Below are positions 44,131-57,224 of a stretch of 64,000 nt of DNA, in pieces. The number at the start of each line of letters is the position of its first letter. Positions within the stretch are counted from its first letter, which is position 1. Origin of the DNA: Eledone cirrhosa (taxonomy: Eukaryota); the NCBI GenBank assembly GCA_964016885.1, contig CAXHJY010001399.1, positions 1-64,000 on the forward strand, read 5' to 3'. The position numbers and the translations under genes are program-made. The notes under the pieces were generated by a model that was given only the letters and a program-made list of their open reading frames with translations, ran no database searches and was not told the DNA's origin.

Positions 44131-44559
44131 TATGGTTGGTTAAATTACACAACTATGTCTTGGTGTCTGGGTACTTTCCTCTTTGGATGGGGGGGGGGGG
44201 GGGGGTTATGTAGCTTTGACTCAAGTGAAGTTCGTTTCGTTGAGTGTGTGTTAGCTACTCCTTGTGCTGGTCTGTACCATGCAACTAGTGTGTGTTACTG
44301 GTTTTGAAGTGTGTGGAGCTTAGTGGTCTTTGTGCGTAATAGTTGCAAATTGCCTTACACTCCGGGGTCGTGTACGGGTTTGAGGTTGAAGTCTCTTTTA
44401 TATATCCTGTCTACAAGGTTAGTGGTGTGTGTGCGTAATAGTCCGGGCTCGTGTACGGGTTTGAGTTTAACTACGTTTTATATATCCTGTGTCTACAAGA
44501 TGTAATAAGTTCGGTCTTCCTATGCACTAGTTGTTCATTAGCGAACATCTAGCGATAAG

Positions 44560-44700
44560 ACTACACTCAAACTAGTCTGTCAATGACGGCCGTCAGCAAA
44601 CCCGGTGTCGTCACGTGAGTCCATTCTTTGACATTGTCCAACCAGTTTTTGTGTTGGCGTCTCCTCCAGCGTCCATCTTCAACGGTGCCCTGCACACGCT
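44560..44700 (-). mobile_element. RTE LINE 3' coding remnant
   Basis: QGTVEDGRWRRRQHKNWLDNVKEWT. Confidence 0.8.
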
Positions 44701-46913
44701 GTCATGTCGTGAGACGTGACAAGACCATGCCAGTTTCCTCCCCCCCGCCCCCACAGTCACAGGCTGTCATGTCGGAGACGTGACCAGACCATGCCAGTTT
44801 CCTCCCCCCACAGTCACAGGCTGTCATGTCGTGAGACGTAGCCAGACCATGCCAGTTTCCTCCCCCCCGCCCCCACAGTCACAGGCTGTCATGTCGGAGA
44901 CGTGACCAGACCATGCCAGTTTCCTCCCCCCACAGTCACAGGCTGTCATGTCGTGAGACGTAGCCAGACCATGCCAGTTTCCTCCCCCCCCCCCCCAGTC
45001 ACAGGCTGTCATGTCGGAGACGTGACCAGACCATGCCAGTTTCCACCCCCCACAGTCACAGGCTGTCATGTCGTGAGACGTAGCCAGACCATGCCAGTTT
45101 CCACCCCCCACAGTCACAGGCTGTCATGTCGTGAGACGTAGCCAGACCATGCCAGTTTCCTCCCCCCACAGTCACAGGCTGTCATGTCGTGAGACGTGAC
45201 CAGACCATGCCAGTTTCCTCCCCCCACAGTCACAGGCTGTCATGTCGTGAGACGTAGCCAGACCATGCCAGTTTCTTCCCCCCACAGTCACAGGCTGTCA
45301 TGTCGTGAGACGTGACCAGACCATGCCAGTTTCTTCCCCCCACAGTCACAGGCTGTCATGTCGTGAGACGTGACCAGACCATGCCAGTTTCCTCCCCCCA
45401 CAGTCACAGGCTGTCATGTCGTGAGACGTAGCCAGACCATACCAGTTTCTTCCCCCCACAGTCACAGGCTGTCATGTCGTGAGACGTGACCAGACCATGC
45501 CAGTTTCCTCCCCCCACAGTCACAGGCTGTCATGTCGTGAGACGTGACCAGACCATGCCAGTTTCCTCCCCCGCAGTCACAGGCTGTTATGTCGTGAGAC
45601 GTGACCAGACCATGCCAGTTTCCTCCCCCCACAATCACAGACTGTCATGTCGTGAGACGTAGCCAGACCATGCCAGTTTCTTCCCCCCACAGTCACAGGC
45701 TGTCATGTCGTGAGACGTGACCAGACCATGCCAGTTTCCTCCCCCCACAGTCACAGGCTGTCATGTCGTGAGACGTAGCCAGACCATGCCAGTTTCTTCC
45801 CCCCACAGTCACAGGCTGTCATGTCGTGAGACGTAGCCAGACCATGCCAGTTTCCTCCCCCCCACAGTCACAGGCTGTCATGTCGTGAGACGTGACCAGA
45901 CCATGCCAGTTCCCCCCCCCACAGTCACAGGCTGTCATGTCGTGAGACGTAGCTAGACCATGCCAGTTTCCTCCCCCCACAGTCACAGGCTGTCATGTCG
46001 TGAGACGTAGCCAGACCATGCCAGTTTCCTCCCCCCACAGTCACAGGCTGTCATGTCGTGAGACGTAGCCAGACCATGCCAGTTTCCTCCCCCCCACAGT
46101 CACAGGCTGTCATGTCGTGAGACGTAGCCAGACCATGCCAGTTTCCTCCCCCCACAGTCACAGGCTGTCATGTCGTGAGACGTAGCCAGACCATGCCAGT
46201 TTCCTCCCCCCACAGTCACAGGCTGTCATGTCGTGAGACGTAGCCAGACCATGCCAGTTTCCTCCCCCCACAGTCACAGGCTGTCATGTCGTGAGACGTA
46301 GCCAGACCATGCCAGTTTCCTCCCCCCACAGTCACAGGCTGTCATGTCGTGAGACGTGACCAGACCACGCCAGTTTCCTCCCCCCACAGTCACAGGCTGT
46401 CATGTCTGAGACGTGACCAGACCATGCCAGTTTCCTTCCCCCACAGTCACAGGCTGACATGTCGTGAGACGTGACCAGACCATGCCAGTTTCCCCCTTCA
46501 CAGTCACAGGCTGTCATGTCGTTAGACGTAGCCAGACCACGCCAGTTTCCTCCCCCCACAATCACAGGCTGTCATGTCGTGAGACGTGACCAGACCATAC
46601 CAGTTTCCTCCCCTTCACAGTCACAGGCTGTCATGTCGTGAGACGTGACCAGACCATGCCAGTTTCCTCCCCCCACAGTCACAGGCTGTCATGTCGTGTG
46701 ACGTGACCAGACCATGCCAGTTTCCTCCCCCCACAGTCACAGGCTGTCATGTCGTGAGACGTGACCAGACCATGCCAGTTTCCTTCCCCCACAGTCACAG
46801 GCTGTCATGTCGTGAGACGTGACCAGACCATGCCAGTTTCCTCCCCCCACAGTCACAGGCTGTCATGTCGTTAGACGTAGCCATACCATGCCAGTTTCCT
46901 CCCCTTCACAGTC
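44698..46913. repeat. 58-bp minisatellite (~38 copies) derived from RTE coding sequence
   Basis: Unit GTCATGTCGTGAGACGTGACCAGACCATGCCAGTTTCCTCCCCCCACAGTCACAGGCT; minus-strand frame RKLAWSGHVSRHDS. Confidence 0.9.
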
Positions 46914-47160
46914 TTTGCCCATCATAAATTTTTCTAATTGTGTTAATTACTACTTGTCGACACTCTTCCTGGCCGATTTTCTGCCTGTAAAATCTTTTGC
47001 CGATTGATCAAGGCAGGTTTGAATAGATTTATGTTATTTTGATAAGAGTGACAAGTCCGAAATATGCCCGGAAGTATCTCTTTGCCAGCAAAAACAGGTC
47101 AGATTTCCTCCTAAGCATGTAAATAAGTTTTATGAAATAAATTTATAATTTCTTGAAATT

Positions 47161-47346
47161 ATGGGGTCGGCTGAAACATTCTTAGACTGACTAAGATACT
47201 CTCATGGAATGACCAAATGAGGTTTATTTTCAACATAATCAACAGAAAGAAACAATCCAGTTATTAATAAGAAGAGTTTGAAATTATTGCATGCAAGATT
47301 TCACAGCTCTAGCATCACTCCATGGACTTTTCAGCCTATCCTCGTA
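47161..47346. mobile_element. Mariner-type MITE
   Basis: Imperfect TIR GGGTCGGCTGAAA / TTTTCAGCCTATCCTCG-TA. Confidence 0.65.
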
Positions 47347-47603
47347 TTTCTTTTTTTCTTTCATAGCTGTTGGTTATTACCGACAGGTTTCGGATTTCAC
47401 CAACTGAGAGGGTAATTTCAATTAAATGACAACCTTGTTATGTCTGTCATTCAGTACACCAGCCCTTACTCTATATACTTAAATTCAGGGTCGGACCTTC
47501 ACCTGCTGGGATCCTAAGCTATATGAAATTTGAGACTTTTCTCTAAAGAAATTCGGGTAAAAAAATTAAAAATAATTAGGTATGAATATTTTTTATATTA
47601 ATG

Positions 47604-47660
<57 letters not shown>

Positions 47661-47843
47661 CAAAATGGATATTAAATCTGTTGGTAATTCAACAAATATA
47701 AATGTTTATAACTGATTCAGAGCACTCGACAAGTTTTCTCGAGTATAATATTCAATGATATTAAATAAATGGAAATTATATTTATAAAACCATATTTATT
47801 CTATTATATATATTTCAAGGGTACCAAAACTTTGGTACGCTCT

Positions 47844-47902
<59 letters not shown>

Positions 47903-48080
47903 GTTTTGAACTGCTGCTATTTCTAGTGGCAGGACATTGACCTGTCCACCCGGCGTTCTGTCTTTGCACACGGCACTAGACAAAATTGTTACTTTCTTCA
48001 TTCACTCTCATCTGGGAACAGTTTTGTATGGCGTCAGTTTGTGATTTAAACTCGGGAATTTTATATTCTCCGAGCGAAAA

Positions 48081-48166
48081 GTGCCTTCTGAAGAGAGTTC
48101 GCTTCTCAATGGAAATCCGCTTGGATTATCCGTTTATTTTGGAACTTGAAACCGCGGTAAAGGCAC
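48081..48166 (+). ncRNA. Type-I hammerhead with extended stem II
   Basis: GTGCCTT-CTGAAGA-GAGTTC..GAACTT-GAAA-CCGCGG-TA-AAGGCAC. Confidence 0.85.
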
Positions 48167-48236
48167 ATATAGTAAGTACAGCGAATTTTTTAAAATTTAT
48201 TTTAAAACTTTTTCTCTATTTGCTAGACCTGGATTT

Positions 48237-48273
<37 letters not shown>

Positions 48274-48643
48274 ATGTATATATATATATGTGTGTATGTA
48301 TGTATATATATATAATGATAAATTATATATATATATATTCTTTATTATTAACATTAATATAAAAAATAATATTCGTGTGTAATTATTTTATATATAGAAA
48401 TGAGATATTTATTTAATAATGTTTCATATAAAATAATACAACCAATTATCCACGAAATACTGATTAGTTAGCACCCCAAACACTAAATTGGGATAATACT
48501 TAAGTATATCCTAATGTTTGTTGAGTGAGATAGAGTTGGTCGGAGTATCGCTTAAGGCTTTCTCTGTTTATGTAGTGATGTGGATTCCAGATATAAGGTA
48601 TGACTCTCTTTATTATTATTATTATTTTTATTTTTTATGAAAT

Positions 48644-48826
48644 TGGTGGATTGGCAGTATCTGTAGAGGGTCGGACGCCATGCTTTCCAGCATAGTTACG
48701 TCTCTTTACGATCTGAGTTCAAATCCAGCCGAGGTTGACTTTGCCTTTCATCCTTACGGGGTCGATAAAATAAAGAACTAGTAATGCACTGGGTAATTGC
48801 TGGCCTTGTGCCTAAAGTAGAAACAA
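48644..48826 (+). mobile_element. SINE A with 16-bp TSD TTATTTTTTATGAAAT
   Basis: TSD at 48628-48643 and 48827-48842. Confidence 0.9.
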
Positions 48827-49214
48827 TTATTTTTTATGAAATACTGATTGATCTTCCTTATATCCCATGTCTAATTTAGCCTTAGAGAATAGCTATGTGT
48901 ATAGATGAGTGATCCGTGCATATATTTATTGTTTTAATATCTCTGTGTGTGAATTAGTTGTGTATGCATGTGGTTATTCTTTTAAATTTCCAATTGAGTT
49001 CTTATACACGTGGTTAATATCTAACAGGTTTAATTGACCAGCGTGTATATTGTTTTATCTAAGATGACCTCCCTTTACCCTTTTGGGGACAGCGTGTATT
49101 TTTTATTTGGGAGAACTACTGGATTCTAATCTACCAGTCTCTTCTTAGCGCTGAGAGAGACCATCACTATTCTGTTAATGTCGATATAATTCTTATATCG
49201 TTATTAATTGGACA

Positions 49215-49338
49215 TCCACTGATGAGTTTATAAGAGCCCGCTTGTGTATAAAACTATGGACTATATACAAGTTTCTACATAACCTGGAAATTATTTATCC
49301 CAAATTGTAGAAATCTTATAACGAAACGGCCGTCTGGA
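49215..49338 (+). ncRNA. Type-I hammerhead with branched ~100-nt stem II
   Basis: TCCA-CTGATGA-GTTTATAAGA..TCTTATAAC-GAAA-CGGCCG-TC-TGGA. Confidence 0.85.
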
Positions 49339-49535
49339 AGGAAAGAGATATTTATTTAATAATGTCTCATATAAAATAATACAACCACGAAATACTGATT
49401 AGTTAGCACCCCAAACACTAAATTGGGATAATACTTAAGTATATCCTAATGTTTGTTGAGTGAGATGGAGTTGGTCGGAGTATCGCTTAAGGCTTTCTCT
49501 GTTTATATATTGTATATATATATATATATATATAT

Positions 49536-49720
49536 GAACGAGTAGGACCCCGACGGCTGAGCTCAAGCCGTTTCGACGGCTAATTCTGAGAATTAGCCGT
49601 CGAAACGGCTTGAGCTCAGCCGTCGGGGTCCTACTCGTTCCTATCACCCACTCTACTACCCTAAGTATTGAGTACTTTGGTGCGTTATGGTCCATCTGGT
49701 TCCTTACCACATTTCCTTCG

Positions 49721-49722
<2 letters not shown>
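49536..49722. mobile_element. Short fold-back element (52-bp perfect arms 49536-49587/49589-49640 + tail)
   Basis: Same family as 31219-31411, opposite orientation. Confidence 0.85.
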
Positions 49723-49769
<47 letters not shown>

Positions 49770-49772
<3 letters not shown>

Positions 49773-49805
49773 TCATCATCATCATCATCATCATCGTCAT
49801 CATCG

Positions 49806-49844
<39 letters not shown>

Positions 49845-50125
49845 CCGTCATCATCATCATCATCATCATCATCATTTAACCTCCGTTTTCTCTGCTAACA
49901 AGGGTTGCACGGCTCTACATAGACCAAGTCAGTACTAAAGTGGGGTTACTGACCTCCCAGACAGACCGAGGGGTCTGTATACGGTCATACGAGATCATAC
50001 GAGAAGTTGTCTTTTGACACAAACTGGTGGGTCGTACTAACTCCTTGTTTGGAAATCTTTCTACAGCTGCCCTTCCTAACATCAATGACTTTATAGCGAA
50101 TACTTGGTGCTTTTATCGTGTAGAC
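49770..50125 (-). mobile_element. Probable SINE with RTE-type 3' end and (ATC)n/(GAT)n tail
   Basis: (ATC)n 49770-49874 followed by TTAACCTCCGTTTT..TTTCTACAGCTGCCCTTCCTAAC; recognised by resemblance only. Confidence 0.55.
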
Positions 50126-50254
50126 CACCAGATCTTGGGAGGTTGTCATGATTTAGTGTTAAAGAATAAAAACTAATAAATTAAAAAATATATTTTAAAA
50201 GACCAGGCCCTCGAGGGTGTGTGACCCTAAAATAATCTTGAGCCATTTAAAGCT

Positions 50255-50506
50255 CGTTTGGCCGGTGTTTACCCCGGCTTCGTGGTCTGAAGCAACTGAG
50301 AGTATAAGACTCCTCCTTGGACATGACGCCAGTCTACCGCAGGGTTAAACCCCCAGCTATTGCTGGTACTCATTTTCAGTTGAGTATCCTATAGCAAAGT
50401 GATATGAAGTATTTTGCCCAAGAACACAACACAACCTAGCCCAGGGATCGAACTTACGACATTATGATCGTAAGTCCAACACCCTTACTACTAGACCACG
50501 TACCTC
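50255..50506 (-). mobile_element. tRNA-derived SINE
   Basis: Minus: GTGGTCTAGTAGTAAG A-box, GTTCGATCC B-box; body homologous to 32020-32206. Confidence 0.8.
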
Positions 50507-51343
50507 GTGTTTCTACGCTGTAGCTTATTTAGCTTATAGATAAGTCCAACATTGGGTAAATTCACACCATTGGTCCACTTCAGTTACTTCCCTTATCTCA
50601 CCGCTCTATTAAAAAACAAATATGTTCTAGAATCATAACTGGCAAAGGACCAAAACCCCTTACTGCTTATTAAGATGTTTGTGTTTGATTACAAAACAAT
50701 TGTTCATTTTTTTTCAAAACTGTCAGTGTTTGAAATATGCAAACGTTCGGCCAATAATTTTAGTTAAATTATAAATTAATTAATCAATTATTTAATTATT
50801 TGATAAAATAATTAAGAGAATATATATAAACAATTTATAAATAACCCAGCTGAACGTAATAAGTGTTTAACACGCCTCTAAGTAAACTATATAATGTATG
50901 TTCTATATTAATCGCTGTCGACTTGTCCTGGTTTACAAGTAGGAGAACGGTCTTGTCTTTCTTTTTGTAATTACAACATGCAATAGAATACAGTCGACTG
51001 TTAGTCAGCTATCACAATTTTATTAGTGTCAAGTTTCGTCTACAGAAATACAGGAATCTATATTGCAACCATTTTGTTCCCGTTTAACCCCCCCCCCCCG
51101 ACCTCCGCATTAATATTAACGTCGTGTTTTACGCTCGATGTTTTCAATTAAAATGTCATAATGTTTGCCAATGCCGTCTGCCCAGCTGTCTCTCTGTCTG
51201 TCTCTCTGTCTCTCTGTCTGTCTGTCTCTCTGTCTGTCTCTCTGTTTGCCAATGCCGTCTGCCCAGCTGTCTCTCTGTCTGTCTCTCTGTCTGTCTCTCT
51301 GTCTGTCTGTCTCTCTCTCTCTGTCTGTCTCTCTCTCTGTCTG

Positions 51344-51374
<31 letters not shown>

Positions 51375-51656
51375 GTATCTCTCTGTCGGTCTCTATGTGT
51401 CTGTCTCTCTGTCTGTCTCTCTGTCTGTCTCTCTGTCTCTCTCTCTCTCTGTCTATCTCTCTGTCTCTCTGTCTGTCTCTCTGTCTCTCTGTCTGTCTCT
51501 CTGTCTGTCTCTCTGTCTGTCTCTGTCTCTGTCTATCTCTCTGTCTTGGTGTCAGTACGCATGTATGTATGTATGTATGTATGTATGTATGTATGTATGT
51601 ATGTATGTATGTATGTATGTATGTATGTATGTATGTATATATGTATATATATATAT

Positions 51657-52265
51657 GTCAGGTCACCAGTTGGTGCTACTGGTAACATGTATCCCAGTAC
51701 AACCTGTCTCATGGTCGGGTCGTTGGCGACTAAACTGGCAACCCCACCAAGGTTTCTTGGTGAGGAGGGTCACTTTGGACATTCTGCAGGACTAAAAACA
51801 AAACCTGTCAAAGGGCAAAGGAGCTCTTAAGAGTCAATGGCCATCCAAAATCACCGGGAGAGATGACCCCTTAGCCTTTGTCAAGGCAGAATTCTAGGAG
51901 AAGGAAAACTCTGATATAACACCTGCAACCCTGATGGTATCCAATGATATTGACTTGTTCTTCTTTTTGGTAAATATCATCTTGGTTAAGAGAGTGTGAC
52001 TGGCTTTGTGCATTGCCTTTGCTCACTATAAAAGCTTCACGACACAGGCATTGCTTTATATCTGGAGATCTCTCTGCACTTGTCATAACATGGTACCAAG
52101 GGCCCAGCACTATGTGTCAATAATTGTCACAAGTGTAGTGTTTGTACCAGAGTTTTCAAGTCGCTGGCTGGACTAAAAAGTCACACTTGTTCAGCGCATC
52201 GATAGGGGTTCTCCTACATGGATATAAAGTAGTGGCCGTACTCGAAAACGAATTGGCAGCCACCA
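51657..52265 (+). mobile_element. Full-length ~610-bp non-autonomous RTE element
   Basis: 5' end homologous to RTE 5' UTR at 9310-9422; 3' C2H2-like remnant, ACTCG-AAAA-CGAGT hairpin, (TATG)n. Confidence 0.9.
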
Positions 52266-52347
52266 TGTATGTATGTATGTATGTATGTATGTATGTATGT
52301 ATGTATGTATGTATGTATGTATGTATGTATGTATGTATGTATGTATG

Positions 52348-53165
52348 TTTCTCTTTCTCTTAATTTCGAGTACAATTCTGACCGGCCACCTTCCTGGTGG
52401 CAAGGTTGTAAAAGAAAAGAAATTGTCATCCCTTGAATCACAAGAAATGTTTTGCAAATTTTGAAGGTACCAGCTATCGCAGCCATTTGTAGTCTAGGAA
52501 TTAGGGAGCTGCGTTCTTTGTCCACAAATCTAAGTTCAGTTATACTTTGGTCCAAGCGGGTTGGTATATAACCTGTAGCTCCAATAATGATGGGTATGAA
52601 GCTGAAGGTATATCTTGGATACTGGATCTGCAAACTTCTCAGCACTGGTCCGTAGATGTCCTCCTCCTCCTGTATTTTTCTTACAACATTGACATCAAGT
52701 GGGCAGATGATCTCTACAACAGAGCACGTTTTCAATGTGTGGTATCAAACAACAATATCAGGCCGGTTGTGCTTTAATTTGGTGGCAGTTTTTATTTTCA
52801 GGTTCCACCAGTATTCCTTAGTGCCATCTATCTCAACATATTCCTCCTCATTTGTTTTTAATTTTGTTTTCCTTAGTGGCCTCCAGATGGTTCTAGCTAT
52901 CACATCATGTCTCATGGGGAGGTAGTAGCGAGATGACATTCTTTAGCAGTTGGCAAGCAACAATGCGGCTTACATCTTCGATCTTTGTTTTACATTTATT
53001 GTCGACTGATGGCCCTCCTCTTTTGTGTAGCAGATGTTTGGTAGGCATTTCTTGTTCCTATATTGCATAGAGATATCCTTCAAGGTGGGATGTCATAAAC
53101 TTATCGGAACTCCATGCCAGGCTTTTTGAATGATTTATCCCCTCTTATGGTCTATGTTTGTCATC
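52348..53165 (-). mobile_element. R4/Dong subfamily 2, 3' fragment
   Basis: YYLPMRHDVIA, YWWNLKIKT..HNRPDIVV, VVEIICPLD, IPIIIGATG. Confidence 0.9.
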
Positions 53166-53599
53166 CCAGGTACGCATGCACTACGTTTTATGTATGTTTG
53201 TCTGTATATAAATGTATGGATCGATTGATGGATGTTTGTATGTATGTACGCCTTAAATGAGAGGAAAAGGAGAGAAAAGGCAAGGACTCTGAGGCTACGG
53301 AAGAAAGGGGGGAAGGGGTGAAAGTGAGGTTCTCTGGGTGGGTGTGGGAAAGTGTTTGGGCTGAACCCCGCAGACATGGCTGCGAAGGCTCGTAAAATAA
53401 AAATCTGAAAAATGTATGCCCAACGAAGCAGATGTGATGTAAGAGACGAAACGGTGTGCAATGGTAGAAATCAATTGTTCAGTAGACGTAAACATAATGT
53501 TAAAAATAAAAGATATGAGAAAATATGTAGGACGAACTAATGAGGTATCTGTAGTCTATAGACAGCTGAACTTTAGATTTACACCTGTAATAGGATATG

Positions 53600-54255
53600 T
53601 TAGACTGAGGTAGACTGTGGCTAGGATGTGGTAGGTTGTGGTAGGTTGTGGTAGACTGTGGTAGGTTGTGGTAGGTTGTGGTAGAATGTGGTAGACTGTG
53701 GTAGACTGTGGTAGAATGTGGTAGACTGTAGTAGACTATGGTAGGTTGTGGTAGGTTGTGGTAGACTGAGGTAGGTTGTGGTAGAATGTGGTAGACTGTG
53801 GTAGACTATGGTAGGTTGTGGTAGGTTGTGGTAGGTTGTGGTAGACTATGGTAGGGTGTGGTAGACTATGGTAGGGTGTGGTAGGTTATCGTAGACTGTG
53901 GTAGGTTGTGGTAGGTTGTGGTAGGTTGTGGTAGAATGTGGTAGAATGTGGTAGGTTGTGGTAGGTTGTGGTAGGTTGTGGTAGAATGTGGTAGGTTGTG
54001 GTAGGCTGTGGTAGGTTGTGGTATGTTGTGGTAGATTGAGGTAGGTTGTGGTAGGTTGTGGTAGGGTTGTGGTAGGCTGTGGTAGGTTGTGGTATGTTGT
54101 GGTAGATTGAGGTAGGTTGTGGTAGGTTGTGGTAGGGTTGTGGTAGGTTGTGGTAGGCTGTGGTAGGTTGTGGTATGTTGTGGTAGATTGAGGTAGGTTG
54201 TGGTAGACTGTGGTAGGTTGTGGTAGGGTTGTGGTATACTATGGTAGACTGTGGC
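53600..54255. repeat. 10-bp minisatellite GTAGGTTGTG
   Basis: Direct read. Confidence 0.95.
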
Positions 54256-54267
54256 TAGGGAGGTAGA

Positions 54268-54712
54268 CGTAAAAGCCAAACTCGCTATCTTCATATCGGT
54301 ATTCGTGCCAACCCTTACCTATGGTCATAAAACTTGGGTAATAACCGAAAGATATGATCGCAAATACAAGTGGCTGAAATGGGATTCCTCCGAAGGGTCT
54401 TTGGAGTAAGGTTACTCAATAAAGTGTAGCTCAGAGATGAGAGGATGACTCCGTGTAGAGCCACTACTCTGAATTGAGAGATCACTGCTCCGATAGTATG
54501 GACACGGGGTTAGAATGTCTCATGAAAGCATCGCTGGACAGATTTTACGGTCAAAACAGGCAGGTGATCCTGGCGTAGATCCTGAGCGAGATGGTTGGGT
54601 AACAGCCATGAGCCTGGATGGTCATGCTTGGGGATCCAGCTGGGGTGAGTATTTGAGGAGGACTCTTACCCACAACCCTCTCAGGAATAAGTGGGGCGAA
54701 GATGAAGAATGA
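54268..54712 (+). mobile_element. RTE 3' fragment (family of 11661-11982)
   Basis: AKLAIFISVFVPTLTYGH..AEMGFLRRVFG. Confidence 0.85.
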
Positions 54713-55160
54713 TGTGCTCTTATGTGGAGATGCTATAAGATAACTTATAAAATAGGGCGAAGACCCTTAAAGACGGAAAAAGTAGCTGTGAGGAAATGAA
54801 TCCCATTTTTCCCAGATACCGGCTAGGTTAGAGGTTCTTAAACTTCTCCCCCCCCCCCACCCTATTTCCAGAGAGACCTGTCTACACATAAGTTGTAAAT
54901 AATATACAATAATTAATATAATATATACAATCATTTGATATTTAGTATATTATTATATCATCGCCCCTTAGCCCCTCTTAGGTCCCAGCGCCCCCTGTAC
55001 CTTCTCAACGCCCCCGGGGGTGGTAGTGTCCCCTTTCAGAACCACTGGGTTAAGTGCTTTAAACCATTTAACCAAGAGACTCTTACCATCTTAAATCAGG
55101 TAGCTGAATACACACACACAGAGACACACACACACACACGCACACACGCACACACACACG

Positions 55161-55197
<37 letters not shown>

Positions 55198-55355
55198 GAA
55201 GTATTTCCGTAGGAAAGGTAAAGGAAAAGAGAGTGCTCTATATAGGCTACAGAGCTATATACATATGTATATATATATATATGTATGTATGTATATATAT
55301 ATATATACCAATAATAAAAAGAATGATTTGTTAGGTCTTCATTACGTTTATTGAG

Positions 55356-55431
55356 TAGTGACGCATGTTTCACAATTGATCGGCTCAATATGTATATCGA
55401 CTTGAGATGGTGCAGGTTAGTCTTCAAACTA
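55356..55431 (-). ncRNA. Degenerate hammerhead
   Basis: Minus: TAGT-TTGAAGA-..-GAAA-CATGCG-TC-ACTA; stem II base poorly paired. Confidence 0.55.
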
Positions 55432-55637
55432 TTTATATTTATCATTGTTATGGTATAACTATAGTCACTGATTTTGGTCACTTGGTATCACACTTTCTTA
55501 ACTTTGTTTTACTTGAGGCGAAAATGTATTAACTTCTCGCTCCATTGAGTGCTTTGTGACCGCCTCAGACAATCCGATTAGTATCTGCTATAACGCGGCT
55601 ACAATTTCGATTCATAACCAATATATATATATATATA

Positions 55638-55826
55638 TGAAAAATATGAGGAGAAGAAGAATACTACATGGTTGCACATGGATTACATATTATAAAATTA
55701 GTCCCTCATCACTGATTTGCCAACGATCATTGGTATTTCATCGCATTAAAAATCATATACCTCACGATGAAATACGAATGATCGTTGGCAAATCAGTGAT
55801 GAGGGACTAATTTTATAATATGTAAT
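55638..55826. mobile_element. Fold-back remnant (arms 55682-55743/55765-55826, left tail); relative at ~25140-25263
   Basis: 62-bp inverted repeat, TA-flanked. Confidence 0.75.
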
Positions 55827-55829
55827 ATA

Positions 55830-55899
<70 letters not shown>

Positions 55900-55922
55900 T
55901 GTAAAAGGTAAACATAAATAAC

Positions 55923-56109
55923 TGTTTCTACTTTAGGCACAAGGCCAGCAATTACCCAGTACATTACTGGTACTTTATTTTATCGACCCCGTAAGGATGA
56001 AAGGCAAAGTTAACCTCGGCGGGATTTGAACTCAGACTGTAAAGGGACGTAACTATGCTAGAAAGCATGGCGTCCAACCCTCTACCGATACTGCCAATTC
56101 ACCGCCCTT
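55923..56109 (-). mobile_element. SINE A with 17-bp TSD AGGTAAACATAAATAAC
   Basis: TSD at 55906-55922 and 56110-56126. Confidence 0.9.
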
Positions 56110-56126
56110 AGGTAAACATAAATAAC

Positions 56127-56443
56127 ACACTTTATATGGAAGGAATATATTAGGTTAACGCTTGATATAGCAGGAAGGGGGTCTTAACATTTCGGACGCT
56201 AGTCGTTCATCAGAAGAAAGAATGAGAAATAAGATAGATTGAAGGGACGGACGGGTTGGAATTAGAAAAAATGTCTTTAGATAAAACTAACAGGTCCATT
56301 CATGTTGAAATCTCTTGCAAAACTGTTGGTGCTGGCGTTTTGTGTATGATTTGTTTTTTTTAGAAAAGTGGATAATGCAGCGCGTCTACCTGAAATGGAA
56401 AAAACCCGTTTTGTAAAAAGAGCTATACTTGTGCACGTGTGTA

Positions 56444-56538
<95 letters not shown>

Positions 56539-57224
56539 ATACGTCCGTACGAAGCTAAGAAGAAATGTGTGTGTATATGTAAGTAAAAGAGTGTGTCCAT
56601 GTAAGTACGAAGCTATGAGCAAAAGTATGTTAATATAAGGGTGTGTATGTGTGTATACAGAGCAGTGAAGGGAAAAGTGGAGTGAGCAGATATAGTCGGC
56701 CTGTATTAGTTGTAAGAGAAGATGTTAATGATCAAGAGAAAGTGATAGGAATCTAGGGGTGTGATAATGGACCTGGTATTAGAGAAATTGGGGAGGTGAG
56801 TTGAGTCAAAGAGGGGAAGAGGACCCAAGGCGGTGAATCAGACTCTCTTCAGTCCTGGTGCGTGAGGCCTGTGATCCATGATGTAAAAGGACACCAAGGA
56901 CTGAAACATGTAGGGAAGAATGACCAGGAGAATGAGGGGCGACAGGAATGTCGAAACCGAGTCGTTTGTCCCTCAAATGCTCAGCAAAACAGTCCGCCAT
57001 ACGGCGTCCCGTTTGTCCGATGTATAAAGACCCGCAAAGGGAACACCGGAGGGTATAGACAACGTGGGTGGATGTGCAGGTGAAGGAGTGGCGGATACAG
57101 AAAGATCCGTTAGGGTCTGTGGGAGTGGTGAGGGTGGAAATGAAGGGACAAGTGTTTCAGCGGGGACGAGAACAAGGGTGAGAGTCAGGTAGAGTTGTGA
57201 GAAAAGACGAGAAGCAACTGCGTA

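Larger units (their letters stand above)
48402..49506 (+). mobile_element. PLE remnant with direct (tandem) pseudo-LTRs 48402-48571 / 49346-49506
   Basis: ~165-bp direct repeat; hammerhead immediately upstream of the second repeat; TA-flanked. Confidence 0.75.

Noticed and set aside
44698-46913. CRISPR-like regular array (also 12078-12660 and 24110-24909)
   Set aside because: No unique spacers, no cas genes, eukaryotic context; pure tandem repeats
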